Assembly (NCBI GenBank): GCA_964473825.1
Contig: CAYYQL010000006.1
Span: 8,903-72,902 of the forward strand
Length of the DNA: 64,000 bases
Source of the DNA: an uncultured archaeon
GTDB taxonomy: Archaea > Asgardarchaeota > Thorarchaeia > Thorarchaeales > Thorarchaeaceae
Reading direction: 5' to 3'
In this document: one piece after another, positions 36,110 through 45,877 of the stretch
How positions within the stretch are numbered: position 1 is the first letter of the stretch
Layout of the letters: the number at the start of each line of letters is the position of its first letter
Notes under the pieces: generated by a model
The model's database searches: none
Told to the model about the DNA's origin: nothing
Seen by the model: only the letters and a program-made list of their open reading frames with translations
Program-made: the position numbers and the translations under genes

Positions 36110-37339
36110 ATGGTATGTGTGTGTGGAGAGGAGCTGGTTTCGTTGAAGTATGACGCTGTTGTTGTTGGTGCCGGTCCTGCCGGGCTTCTCTCAGCCGGTA
36201 CCATTGCACACAGAGGATTCGACGTTGCCGTCCTTGAAGAGCATGCAACTGTCGGAAAGCCTGTCCATTGCGCGGGTCTGTTGAGTACTTCAGGACTCAA
36301 GGCCTTGGGATTGAATCCACCTGATCATGTCATTCAGAATCAGGTGAAGGGGGCAAGAATATACTCGCCTTCATGTGATAGTATCGAGATTCAACGCGGA
36401 AAGAGTGAAGCTCTTGTGGTTGACAGAGGAGCCTTTGACAGATGGTTGGCCGAGAGAGCAAGAGATGAAGGAGCTAGGATTATAACTGACTCCAAGGTCG
36501 AAACCGCGTCTATCACCGAAACAGGAGTTGAGTTGCATTTTCAACAGGAGAGACCGATTGTGAGGGGGGAAGTGGTAGTGAATGCAGAAGGGAGCCGATG
36601 TCAGATTTCGCGGAGTCTTGGGCTTCCAGTGGTCCCTCGTACATCAAAACTTCCTGCATATCAATACGAGATGAAAAATGTCGATGTAGATGAGGAACAA
36701 GTTGAGATGTTCTATGGGAGACAACTTGCACTAGGCTTCTTTGCATGGATTATTCCAATTGGTAACCGACGTGCACGAGTTGGACTTGCATCGTACGATA
36801 GAACTATGACTCGTTTGCGAGGGGCCATGAAACACCACCGAGTCTTGTCAAGAAGACTAGAGAAGGCATCAATTGAGAAGGGATTCGGAGGAATTGTTCT
36901 GGTGGGAACCCCCATAGAGAGGACCTATACCACAAAAGCAGTTGTAGTGGGAGATGCAGCAGGTCATGTAAAGGCAACCACCGGGGGAGGAGTGATTCTT
37001 GGTGGTAAGGCTGCGAAGATAGCAGGTGAAACGGTTGCAGACTCCCTTGAAAATGAGGATTATTCAGATGAGTCTCTTGCACGGTATGAAGACCTCTGGA
37101 AAGAGGAGCTAGGCTCAGAGTTTCGGACTATGTGGCTTGCGCAGAAGACTCTTACCGCGCTATCCGACAAAGGCCTAGATAGACTCGTTTCAGGGGCAAA
37201 AAACATGCACCTGGAGGATACCATCAGGAAGAAGGGGGACATGGATAGACAGGCAAGAGTAATTCGTTCCTTGCTACGGGAACCTCGGATGATTCTTCTT
37301 GGGTTTGATGTCATCCGTTTCTTAAGCCCTCTATTCTGA
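36110..37339 (+). CDS. Geranylgeranyl reductase family flavoprotein
   Basis: It has the FAD fold YDAVVVGAGPAGLLSAG...VAVLEE, then VVGDAAGHVKATTGGGV. Confidence 0.85.
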   Translation: MVCVCGEELVSLKYDAVVVGAGPAGLLSAGTIAHRGFDVAVLEEHATVGKPVHCAGLLSTSGLKALGLNPPDHVIQNQVKGARIYSPSCDSIEIQRGKSEALVVDRGAFDRWLAERARDEGARIITDSKVETASITETGVELHFQQERPIVRGEVVVNAEGSRCQISRSLGLPVVPRTSKLPAYQYEMKNVDVDEEQVEMFYGRQLALGFFAWIIPIGNRRARVGLASYDRTMTRLRGAMKHHRVLSRRLEKASIEKGFGGIVLVGTPIERTYTTKAVVVGDAAGHVKATTGGGVILGGKAAKIAGETVADSLENEDYSDESLARYEDLWKEELGSEFRTMWLAQKTLTALSDKGLDRLVSGAKNMHLEDTIRKKGDMDRQARVIRSLLREPRMILLGFDVIRFLSPLF

Positions 37340-37368
37340 TGCGATAGAACACTATTTTTAGGAACACG

Positions 37369-38775
37369 ATGATGACAGTATCCCCGAAGAGTGCCCCCAT
37401 GTCGAATGATCATAAGTATATACTACTAGAGAAGGCAATCAGTGTTCTAGAAGACCACATGCTTTGTGACCGCTGTTTGGGGCGGCTCTTCGCCTGGTTG
37501 AGTACCGCCACAACGAATCCCGAACGGGGGGCCTCAATCAAACTCGTTCTCTCCATGATTGCGAACCGTGAGATGAAAGCAGGAAACCGTGAGGTGGGAA
37601 CCAGACTGCTTCGACACCTAGCCGAGAATGGGCTCTCAGAACAGGCAAGGGCACTTGCATTGAAAGAGGGCATCCCTGTTAGTGCATCTGGTGAGTGCGA
37701 AGTCTGCAACACCGATGGAAATAGTGTCTTCCAGAAGATTCCTGCCATCGCCGACAGGATTTTGGAATTGGTCGCCGGGGTGGAGTACGATACTCTGCTG
37801 GTTGGAAGTGTACCAATAGCAAGAATGGCAGAGAGAGAAGAAGAGATTCGAGGAAAATTCAATCTGCTCTATGGAGAACCGTTGAAATCTGAATTCAACC
37901 GGGTGCTGGGTAAAGAGATACTCGACAGAACTGGTAAGAAGACGGACTTTGAAACACCTGATATTGTCTTCATATATGATATGGAAAAAGATGATGTTTC
38001 CCTTCAGATCAATCCAGTCTTCATCTATGGACGATACCGGAAACTGCAGCGAGGAATACCGCAGAGTAGGTGGGACTGCAGCGAGTGCAGAGGAAAGGGC
38101 TGTGAGGTCTGCAACGGAACCGGCCGTAGATATCAGGACTCGGTTTCCGAATATATTGGCGAACCCCTCCAAGAGATGGCAAAGGGCACGAGGTTCAAGT
38201 TCCATGCAGCGGGAAGGGAGGATATCGATGCGCTGATGATAGGGGCAGGCAGGCCATTTGTGTTGGAGATCTCAGAGCCGAAGGTGCGACAGCTTGACCT
38301 AGATGAGGCAACACGGAGAGTCAATGAGCTGAGCAAGGGAAAGGTGGAGGTGCAAGGTTTGGAGATGACTGAGAAGAGTCGAGCTCAGAAGTTGAAGGCG
38401 GAATCGTCGAAAAACATCAAGGAGTATCGAGCACTCATCACCATTGATGGCAGTGTATCGAAGGAAGATTTGAAGCGGGCTGCGGATGCACTCTCAGATA
38501 TGACTATTCAGCAAAGGACCCCAAGGCGCGTTGCACATAGAAGAAGTGATAGAGTCAGGGAGAAACAAGTCTACGAAGTCAGACTGCTTCAGGTCGATAA
38601 AGAGACTGTGGAAGGGTACTTCCGTGTTCAGGGAGGGACCTACATAAAGGAACTCATATCAGGTGATGAGGGCAGAACGAAGCCTTCAATAGCAGAGGTT
38701 CTTGGAGTCAATGCAGTCTGTAAGGAACTCAATGTGACAGCCATCCATTCATTGGATGCACACCATAATGCTTAA
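37369..38775 (+). CDS. pus10: tRNA pseudouridine-54/55 synthase Pus10
   Basis: It has the zinc clusters CDRCLGR...CEVCN and CSECRGKGCEVCNGTG, a THUMP-like middle and the C-terminal catalytic region (GREDIDALM, TYIKELISGD). Confidence 0.85.
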   Translation: MMTVSPKSAPMSNDHKYILLEKAISVLEDHMLCDRCLGRLFAWLSTATTNPERGASIKLVLSMIANREMKAGNREVGTRLLRHLAENGLSEQARALALKEGIPVSASGECEVCNTDGNSVFQKIPAIADRILELVAGVEYDTLLVGSVPIARMAEREEEIRGKFNLLYGEPLKSEFNRVLGKEILDRTGKKTDFETPDIVFIYDMEKDDVSLQINPVFIYGRYRKLQRGIPQSRWDCSECRGKGCEVCNGTGRRYQDSVSEYIGEPLQEMAKGTRFKFHAAGREDIDALMIGAGRPFVLEISEPKVRQLDLDEATRRVNELSKGKVEVQGLEMTEKSRAQKLKAESSKNIKEYRALITIDGSVSKEDLKRAADALSDMTIQQRTPRRVAHRRSDRVREKQVYEVRLLQVDKETVEGYFRVQGGTYIKELISGDEGRTKPSIAEVLGVNAVCKELNVTAIHSLDAHHNA

Positions 38776-38866
38776 GTGGCGACTCCGGAGGTTTTGCTGG
38801 ACCTCAGATATGCCACTCTATATTGCATCTTGCAGTACGATGAAGAAAGTTCGAGGTTGATGCCCC

Positions 38867-39163
38867 ATGGTCAAGAAAAGTCACGGATACAGAGCACGAA
38901 CACGTAGTCTTATGACTAAGAAGGTACGGAAGCGTGGGTTACGTCCACTTAGTCAAGTGCTTGTTGACTATAAAGTGGGAGACAAAGTAGATATCATCAT
39001 CGACCCCGGTTTCCACAAGGGAATGCCTCACAGACGCTATCATGGAAGAACCGGTACTGTATCCGGTATCCGTGGACGCGCAGTACAAGTCCAAGTGTCT
39101 CTTGGCAAAGCTATGAAGAATCTTATAATCCGGCCTGAGCATCTCAGACCAAGCAGAGGTTGA
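38867..39163 (+). CDS. rpl21e: Ribosomal protein eL21
   Basis: It has MVKKSHGYRARTR...GMPHRRYHGRTGTV. Confidence 0.9.
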   Translation: MVKKSHGYRARTRSLMTKKVRKRGLRPLSQVLVDYKVGDKVDIIIDPGFHKGMPHRRYHGRTGTVSGIRGRAVQVQVSLGKAMKNLIIRPEHLRPSRG

Positions 39164-39173
39164 GTGGTAGAAT

Positions 39174-39509
39174 ATGCCGAAGAAGGTCATCAGTGAAGAA
39201 GAGGTTTCATTGCCTCAGGTTAAGAAAATCCTGAGTAAACGCTCCAAAGATGGAGAGTTGTCCTTTCAGCAGACAATAACACTGGAACATGCGAATATGT
39301 TCTCAAGGATGGCTCCATCTGTATCCATAAAGACCGTGGAGCGTTTGATGAAGAACTATGCTCTCTCCAGAGCACAAGCAGTTCAGCTCGTGAACATCGC
39401 TCCCAATACAGAAGAGGAGATGAAGACTGTACTGGATACCCGCAAGACAGACCTCACAGATGACCAGATAGCAGAGATTGTTGAGATTATACAGAAGGCA
39501 CGTTCGTAA
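39174..39509 (+). CDS. rpoF: RNA polymerase subunit Rpo4 (RpoF)
   Basis: The 111-aa helical protein sits in the conserved archaeal rpl21e-rpoF-DUF655-ksgA order. It has the LPQVKKIL...QAVQLVNIAPNTEEE...DDQIAEIVEII pattern. Confidence 0.8.
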   Translation: MPKKVISEEEVSLPQVKKILSKRSKDGELSFQQTITLEHANMFSRMAPSVSIKTVERLMKNYALSRAQAVQLVNIAPNTEEEMKTVLDTRKTDLTDDQIAEIVEIIQKARS

Positions 39510-39619
39510 AGGAGGAGAACACAGAAACGTTCTGGGTCTTCTTCTTGCCCGATTCATTTTTATCATAAGGCTGTCCATTCAAATCTAATGCGGTTATATA
39601 ATGCCAGGAGAACAACAGG

Positions 39620-40216
39620 ATGGAAAATCATCAGGGTAGAATGTACGAGAGTCACGCATATATCCTGGCAGTGATACCACCGAAGATGTACCTCAGAGAT
39701 TCTCGACCTCACAGCGGAACTGTTGTCCAAGCTATAGGCGAGAGCTATTTTACACTCCTCGAGCTCGTCCCACAGAAGAACGTGACTCTGAACCCGCAGG
39801 AGAGGGTATCAATCGAAAAGGGTGCTCGTGGCAAGATTGATCATGTTCAAAGACGAATCGCCTATGAGGATTTAGCTGCAGAGAGTGAGGCTGAACTCCC
39901 TCTTATTGTGGAGATTATTGTCACGAAACGTGAACAAAACTTCGTTCGCTTCTTCAACGAGGCCAAGCCAATTACAACCAGGATGCACTCACTTCAACTT
40001 CTTCCCGGAATAGGCCAGACCATCATGTGGGCGATTCTGGAAGAGAGAAAGAAAGAACCTTTCAAGAGCTTTGACGATATCGCCGAGAGAACAAAGCTGC
40101 AGAACCCAAAGAGAGTTGTCACTGGACGAATCATTGAAGAGCTTCAGGGCGATGTAAAGCGTTGGCTTTTCGTACGCCCTCCACCAGAAGACAGCGACAG
40201 AAGCCGTTCTAGGTGA
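39620..40216 (+). CDS. DUF655 (COG1491) putative nucleotide/RNA-binding protein with a helix-hairpin-helix
   Basis: It has AYILAVIP..., FTLLELVP, FVRFFNEAKPITTRMHSLQLLPGIGQTIM and FKSFDDI. Confidence 0.8.
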   Translation: MENHQGRMYESHAYILAVIPPKMYLRDSRPHSGTVVQAIGESYFTLLELVPQKNVTLNPQERVSIEKGARGKIDHVQRRIAYEDLAAESEAELPLIVEIIVTKREQNFVRFFNEAKPITTRMHSLQLLPGIGQTIMWAILEERKKEPFKSFDDIAERTKLQNPKRVVTGRIIEELQGDVKRWLFVRPPPEDSDRSRSR

Positions 40217-41088
40217 GACTTCTGAGTAGGCACAGTATCAGGTCTGAATTGAGCAAGTATGGAGTAAGGCCTAAGAAGAGCTTAGGGCAGAGTTTCCTTG
40301 TTGACAGCCGAATCGCCCAACAGATTGTCGATGCAGCAGAGATAACTGATGATGAATCTGTACTGGAGATAGGAGGCGGTCTAGGAATTCTCACTGAGTT
40401 ACTGGTTTCTAGAGCTAAGAAGGTCTACGTGGTTGAGATTGACAGGGATCTAGTACTGGCCCTTACAGAGAAACTGGGAGATGCTGACGGGCTCTCTATC
40501 ATACATGGCGACATTCTGAAGATTGACTTGCCCGATGTATCCAAAGTGGTTTCGAACCTTCCATTCAGTGTTTCCTCCCCCATCACTTTCAGACTACTGA
40601 GAGAACTGAAGCCCAAAGTCTCTATTCTCACATATCAGAAGGAATTCGCACAGCGACTAATAGCAGAACCAGGTTCGAGAGAGTATTCGCGTCTCACAGT
40701 CACAGTAAACTATCTTGCCGAAGTGGAACCTCTTTTTGAGGTGCCATCAGAGTCTTTCTATCCGAAACCTGCGGTTGACTCACTTGTCGTCAGGATGACC
40801 CCTCGAGAGAGTGGTGCGTGGGCGAAAGACAACAGGGTCTTCTATTGGATGATACGAGGCCTCTATTCATACCCAAACAAACAGCTGAGACGAGCATTAC
40901 GAATCTGGTTGAAGAATATAGATATGAAAAGAGATATGGCCGATGATATTCTTGATTCAGTAGAACAGGTTGATAGTAAGGCACGACTAAGAAGTCTCAC
41001 TATCAATGAACTGGTGTGCTTGTCAGACCGAATCACCTCTCTGATTGAAGAGGGGATAATCCCTCACCCTGAGGAAGCAAAGACATGA
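40213..41088 (+). CDS. ksgA: 16S rRNA (adenine1518/1519-N6) dimethyltransferase KsgA/Dim1
   Basis: It has KKSLGQSFLVD, LEIGGGLGILT and NLPFSVSSP. There is a 4-nt overlap with both neighbours. Confidence 0.9.
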   Translation: MRLLSRHSIRSELSKYGVRPKKSLGQSFLVDSRIAQQIVDAAEITDDESVLEIGGGLGILTELLVSRAKKVYVVEIDRDLVLALTEKLGDADGLSIIHGDILKIDLPDVSKVVSNLPFSVSSPITFRLLRELKPKVSILTYQKEFAQRLIAEPGSREYSRLTVTVNYLAEVEPLFEVPSESFYPKPAVDSLVVRMTPRESGAWAKDNRVFYWMIRGLYSYPNKQLRRALRIWLKNIDMKRDMADDILDSVEQVDSKARLRSLTINELVCLSDRITSLIEEGIIPHPEEAKT

Positions 41089-41693
41089 AAGACAGCAATC
41101 ACAGGATTGCGGTCCAAGACCACGTGTATCCTCCATCGGAAGACACGTTCCTTCTGCTAGATGCAATAGAAGTTGCTCCCGACGAGTCATTTCTTGAGGT
41201 GGGATGTGGAAGTGGCTACATCCTTGTCAATGCAGCCACAATCTCATATCGGATAATTGGGCTGGATTGCTCCTTTGAGGCCGTGAAGAACACAAAGCAG
41301 AACCTCTTACACAATGACCTATACGAAAAGGCGGAGGTGTTTGTTTCGGATCTCTTGAAGGCCATCGCGCCAGATTCTCGTTTCGACGTGATTGCATTCA
41401 ACCCACCCTATCTCCCTTCGGATGAAGATAGGACAGAACTCGACCATGCATTGGTTGGGGGGATTAGGGGGACAGAAGTAACTGAGAGATTCTTACAGCA
41501 GGCAATGCAGCATGTTTCGCCAGAGGGAAGAATCTACACCATGGTCTCCTCACTCTCCGACTACGGTCGCTTCGAGAGATTAGTGGAGAATGAAGGTTTT
41601 GAGATGACAACCGTCCAGACTGGTGTATTCTTCTTTGAAAGACTGTCTGTGATTGGAGTAGCATCCTCAAGGAAATCATTTTATAAGACCTAG
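41085..41693 (+). CDS. HemK-related N5-glutamine methyltransferase (Mtq2-like)
   Basis: It has VYPPSEDTFLLLD, EVGCGSGY and the NPPY motif (FNPPYLP). Confidence 0.8.
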   Translation: MKDSNHRIAVQDHVYPPSEDTFLLLDAIEVAPDESFLEVGCGSGYILVNAATISYRIIGLDCSFEAVKNTKQNLLHNDLYEKAEVFVSDLLKAIAPDSRFDVIAFNPPYLPSDEDRTELDHALVGGIRGTEVTERFLQQAMQHVSPEGRIYTMVSSLSDYGRFERLVENEGFEMTTVQTGVFFFERLSVIGVASSRKSFYKT

Positions 41694-41738
41694 AGTGAGG
41701 GCCGCTGAGTGTAACAAGGCCGCAGGAGTAGTATCCCT

Positions 41739-42503
41739 TTGTCAGAAAAGAAGCCTAAGAAATCATCCAAGAAGAATAAGAAGACCAAGACAGAGAAGAC
41801 TGTCAAGGACAACAGCCTCATCTATGTGGACTACGTAGCTAGGACTAAGGAAGAAGGGCAGATTTTCGATCTGACAAATGAGGATGTGGCAAAGAACGAG
41901 GGGCTCTACAATGAAGACACTCGGTATGAACCGATGCTTGTAGCGGTCGGACAGAACTGGTTGCTTGAAACCGTAGAAAAGGAACTTGTAGGCATGAAGG
42001 TCGGAGAGAGTAAGACGATCGAAGTTCCGGCTGAGAAAGGAGCAGGAGCAAGAGACCCTAAGAAAATCAAATCCATACCACTCCTCAAACTCAAGAAACA
42101 GGGAGTTGTCAGCCCCATGAAAGGAGATAGGGTCAAGTTCGGCAATGAAGAGGGAATCGTGACCCTTGTTACGGGAAGAAAGGCGCGCATCGACTTCAAC
42201 AGCCCACTTGCAGGCAAGACTCTGGTTTTCGAGGTCACCATAAGGGAGATCCTCACCAGAATGAAGGACAAGATAGCAGCTGTAATCAAGCGTCGAGTCC
42301 CAGCTCTCCCAGAGGACAAGTATGATGTTGCCATCAAGGCCGGGACCATAACCATCGAGCTTCCAAAGGAGAGCCGTTACATCGAGGGTATACAATACGC
42401 AGAGATTGGAATAGCCGCAGATGCTCTCAAAGTGAATGAGAAAGCACAAGAAGTGAAGTTTGTCATCACTTACGAGCGCCCAGAGAAACCAAAGGAAGAA
42501 TAG
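41739..42503 (+). CDS. Long-type FKBP peptidyl-prolyl isomerase (SlyD-like insert-in-flap)
   Basis: It has YVDYVARTKEEGQIFDLT, GMKVGESKTIEVP and NSPLAGKTLVFEVTIREI. It has a Lys-rich N-terminal leader. Confidence 0.8.
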   Translation: MSEKKPKKSSKKNKKTKTEKTVKDNSLIYVDYVARTKEEGQIFDLTNEDVAKNEGLYNEDTRYEPMLVAVGQNWLLETVEKELVGMKVGESKTIEVPAEKGAGARDPKKIKSIPLLKLKKQGVVSPMKGDRVKFGNEEGIVTLVTGRKARIDFNSPLAGKTLVFEVTIREILTRMKDKIAAVIKRRVPALPEDKYDVAIKAGTITIELPKESRYIEGIQYAEIGIAADALKVNEKAQEVKFVITYERPEKPKEE

Positions 42504-42617
42504 CCATCGGTGAACATAGTAATGTCCGCTGCAAAAACCTTTTAATAGGTTCGAAAATGCCCTTCTATTGTCACTAGTTCTCCAAGGCACAACTTCGTTG
42601 ATAGGGAGTTACTTGAT

Positions 42618-43253
42618 ATGGAACAGCAAACGAAGCCACCGGAAGAATTGAAGACCGGAACAACAACAGTTGGTCTCATTGCGAAGGACTGCGTGGTTCT
42701 TGCCAGCGATCAGAGAGCCACAATGGGCTACCTGGTAGCTAGCAAGACTGCCAAGAAGATCTACAAGATCACCGACAGGATCGGTGCAACCATTGCCGGT
42801 TCTGTTGCCGACGCACAAACAATCATGGATCTCCTGAAGGCCGAGGCAAAACTCTTCGAGATTCAGAGAGAACGACCAATGAAAGTCAAAGCATTGACTA
42901 GGCTTTTGAGCAATATCATGTTTCAGGCGCGCGGCGCCTACATCCTTCAGTGCCTTGTGGGAGGCTTTGACGACGAGGGACCACAGGTCTACTTCAATGA
43001 CTTCATCGGATCCGTCTTGTCAGACAAGTACACATCGACAGGCTCTGGTTCGCCGGTTGCCTTTGGTGTGCTTGAGGCTGGCTATGAAGATGATCTTCCA
43101 AAGGATAAGGCGATTGAGCTGGCCGTCTCCGCTATTGCCTCAGCCATCGAAAGAGATGCTGCAACAGGAAATGCAATCCTTGTCAGCGTCATTGACAAAG
43201 ATGGATACCAAGAGTTGGACAGGGAAACCATAGACAGAATCTGGAAGAAATAG
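42618..43253 (+). CDS. psmB: Proteasome beta subunit
   Basis: The propeptide is followed by GTTTVGLIAKDCVVLASDQRAT, which has the Thr1 nucleophile context. Confidence 0.9.
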   Translation: MEQQTKPPEELKTGTTTVGLIAKDCVVLASDQRATMGYLVASKTAKKIYKITDRIGATIAGSVADAQTIMDLLKAEAKLFEIQRERPMKVKALTRLLSNIMFQARGAYILQCLVGGFDDEGPQVYFNDFIGSVLSDKYTSTGSGSPVAFGVLEAGYEDDLPKDKAIELAVSAIASAIERDAATGNAILVSVIDKDGYQELDRETIDRIWKK

Positions 43254-43278
43254 AGATCCGGACTTTCTCGTTCCTCGG

Positions 43279-43301
43279 GACAGATTGATTCATAATCTGT
43301 C
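43279..43301 (+). terminator. Hairpin downstream of psmB (8-bp stem GACAGATT/AATCTGTC, 7-nt loop)
   Basis: This perfect inverted repeat lies 26 nt after the psmB stop. No strong oligo-T tract follows, so its function is uncertain. Confidence 0.2.
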
Positions 43302-43378
43302 TGAACTCAGCCCCGTGGTGGGGAGCCTTTAGTGAACCAAGGGGATACTATAAGCCCACAACAAAGAAGTGACTCTAG

Positions 43379-45289
43379 ATGGGTTCTAACAACAATAACC
43401 ACGTAGATATAAGAGAGGCAGTGCTGAAAGCACTACCTCGCTCTGCAGCCATAAGCTCAGTTGAATACGAGGGGCCAGAGATAGCAATCTACTCCAAAGC
43501 ACCTAAGATTCTACTTGACGATGGTAATATGATCAAATCACTTGCTCGCAAGATGAGGAAGAGATTGGTTGTCCGGTCAGCCCCTGAGGTGAGACTAGGG
43601 CATGAAGAAGCCGAAAAGACGGTGCGGGAGCTGGTTCCGGATGATGCAGAAATCACATCAATTGACTTTGACGAGTCACGTGGTGAAGTGATTATTGAAG
43701 CACAGAAACCGGGTCTTGTCATAGGGAGAGGAGGATCTACTCTACGCGAGATTACTCGGCAGACATTCTGGCGTCCGAATGTTATGAGGACTCCACCCAT
43801 TGAGAGCAAGCTCATCAAACAGATACGATACATAAACCAATCTGAGGCTGCCACCCGTAACAAGTCATTCAGAGAGATAGGTAGAAGGATACACCGAGCT
43901 CCATTGTTTGACAATAGCTGGATTCGGTTGACAGCCCTAGGTGGCTTTAGGGAGGTTGGGAGGCAATGTATGTTCTTGCAGACCTCAGAGAGCAATATAC
44001 TGATTGACTGTGGTGTTAATGTCGGTACACCTAGTAAGGCATTTCCAAGGCTTGACATGCCCGAGCTAAGCGTTGACAAACTGGATGCCGTAGTCATCAG
44101 CCATGCGCACCTAGACCATTGTGGCATGGTGCCCTTCCTATTCAAGTATGGGTATAGAGGCCCGGTGTACATGACCGCTCCTACACTCAACCTCTCAACG
44201 CTCCTACAACTCGACTATCTAGACGTTGCAGAGAGAGAAGGAAAACTTCGCCCCTATCGTGATAGAGACGTGAAAGAGGCCATTCTGCATACAATACCCC
44301 TCAGCTATGGAGAGGTCACAGACATCGCGCCAGACGTGAGACTCACTCTGCATAATGCGGGCCATATTCTCGGCTCGTCAATCATCCATCTCCACATAGG
44401 CGACGGGCAGTATAACCTGGCCTACACGGGTGACTTCAAGTTTGGAAGGTCGCGGCTTCTTGAGCCAGCAACATTCACATTTCCAAGACTCGAAACACTG
44501 ATTGTGGAGAGCACATACGGCCATCCAACCGACAAGATGCCACCGAGACAGGAGGTAGAACGAAGGTTTGCATCTCTGATCAAGAAGACCATCGGCCGTG
44601 GCGGAAAGGTCCTCATTCCTGTACTTGCAGTAGGAAGAGCCCAAGAGATTATGCTGGTACTAGAGGACCTAGCATCAAAGAATAGGATTCCTCGTGTGCC
44701 CGTATATATAGAAGGGATGATTGCACAAGCAACAGCAATTCATACCACTCATCCTGAGGCTTTGAGCAAGAAGATACGTGAGATGATTTTCCATCAGGGC
44801 GTGAACCCGTTCCTTAATGATATATTTGTGCAAGTAGACAATCCGGATCAGAGAGAAGAGATAGTTGAGGGTGAGCCCTGTGTGATTATGGCTACTTCAG
44901 GCATGCTTGCCGGAGGACCCAGTGTTGACTATTTCAGGCTCCTAGCCCCAGAGGAGAAGAATATGATGATGTTTGTGAGCTATCAGGGTGAAGGCACTCT
45001 TGGTCGTCGAATTCAGAAGGGGTGGAAAGAGATACAGATGAGGAATCGAGAGGGAAATACCACCATGGTTCCGGTCAACCTTCAAGTTGAAACTGTTGAG
45101 GGTTTCTCAGGTCACTCGGATAGGAAACAGATTCTCAACTTCGTGAAGCGCGTTCAACCCCACCCAGAGAGGGTTCTGACATGTCATGGTGAAGCGTCGA
45201 AGTGTCTGAACCTGGCGTCTACAATACACAAGGCTCTCAAAGTAGACACAAAGGCCTTGATGGTCACAGAAAGCGTGAAACTGCGATAG
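43379..45289 (+). CDS. aCPSF1/FttA: KH-KH-beta-CASP ribonuclease (transcription termination factor)
   Basis: The N-terminus has KH-type segments (LVIGRGGSTLREI). It then has HAHLDHCG, NAGHILGS, ESTYG and GHSD, in a 636-aa product. Confidence 0.9.
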   Translation: MGSNNNNHVDIREAVLKALPRSAAISSVEYEGPEIAIYSKAPKILLDDGNMIKSLARKMRKRLVVRSAPEVRLGHEEAEKTVRELVPDDAEITSIDFDESRGEVIIEAQKPGLVIGRGGSTLREITRQTFWRPNVMRTPPIESKLIKQIRYINQSEAATRNKSFREIGRRIHRAPLFDNSWIRLTALGGFREVGRQCMFLQTSESNILIDCGVNVGTPSKAFPRLDMPELSVDKLDAVVISHAHLDHCGMVPFLFKYGYRGPVYMTAPTLNLSTLLQLDYLDVAEREGKLRPYRDRDVKEAILHTIPLSYGEVTDIAPDVRLTLHNAGHILGSSIIHLHIGDGQYNLAYTGDFKFGRSRLLEPATFTFPRLETLIVESTYGHPTDKMPPRQEVERRFASLIKKTIGRGGKVLIPVLAVGRAQEIMLVLEDLASKNRIPRVPVYIEGMIAQATAIHTTHPEALSKKIREMIFHQGVNPFLNDIFVQVDNPDQREEIVEGEPCVIMATSGMLAGGPSVDYFRLLAPEEKNMMMFVSYQGEGTLGRRIQKGWKEIQMRNREGNTTMVPVNLQVETVEGFSGHSDRKQILNFVKRVQPHPERVLTCHGEASKCLNLASTIHKALKVDTKALMVTESVKLR

Positions 45290-45340
45290 TGGGGTTGAGA
45301 TTGTAGCAGACGGTTGGGCACAGACGAACACATCTGAAGA

Positions 45341-45733
45341 TCAGATCTCGACAAATGAGGGAGCAACAATTACACAGTCATCGTTTACGAGGGCAAGATC
45401 TGCCTGAATGCCTCTCGTTTCCCCCCGTATGCGTTCGATTATACGTTTCAATTCAAGGTGGCTCTGTTCGCCACCATTGTTCAAACGCGAGATGTCCAAC
45501 AACATTATGCGTCCTTCTTTAACCTCATTAACAACGCAAGGAACATCTTCAAGCGATTTGATTCTCTTTGATCGGATGTATATCCTATCAAGCTCAGCCA
45601 ATCGCTTGCACTCCTGTAGAGGGTCATCTTGAGAGATTCTGTGGGCTGGAGAGAAGATACCTAAGCCGCCCGTCTTCTTCTCTTCTTCATCTGACTCATC
45701 ATTCTTATCCTTTCGCCCGAACGGGAAACGCAA
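45341..45733 (-). CDS. sepF: SepF-like (DUF552) cell-division protein
   Basis: The C-terminal domain reads IKSLEDVPCVVNEVKEGRIMLLDISRL......RIIERIRGETRGIQADLALVNDDCVIVAP. The N-terminus is short and charged. Confidence 0.7.
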   Translation of the reverse strand: MRFPFGRKDKNDESDEEEKKTGGLGIFSPAHRISQDDPLQECKRLAELDRIYIRSKRIKSLEDVPCVVNEVKEGRIMLLDISRLNNGGEQSHLELKRIIERIRGETRGIQADLALVNDDCVIVAPSFVEI

Positions 45734-45877
45734 ATCGTGCCACCTCTTGCTACACTCAGAGAGTGCTTTGAGGTCTGAAAAGACCGTGTATTACTAAGTT
45801 GATGAAAACTCTTTCCAGAAGACTGTATCCAGTGATGAGTGAAATGACCTATATAGATGCCACAATCATAGAAGTGA

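Noticed and set aside
41763-42590. 275-aa minus-strand ORF antisense to the FKBP gene. Similar long antisense ORFs are 29396-29938, 30599-31138, 10779-11492, 43489-44190, 9104-9796 and 37636-38205.
   Set aside because: Each is fully antisense to a gene with strong family motifs. Their sequences are Ser/Leu/Arg/Cys-rich with no recognisable motifs, so I treat them as frame shadows.
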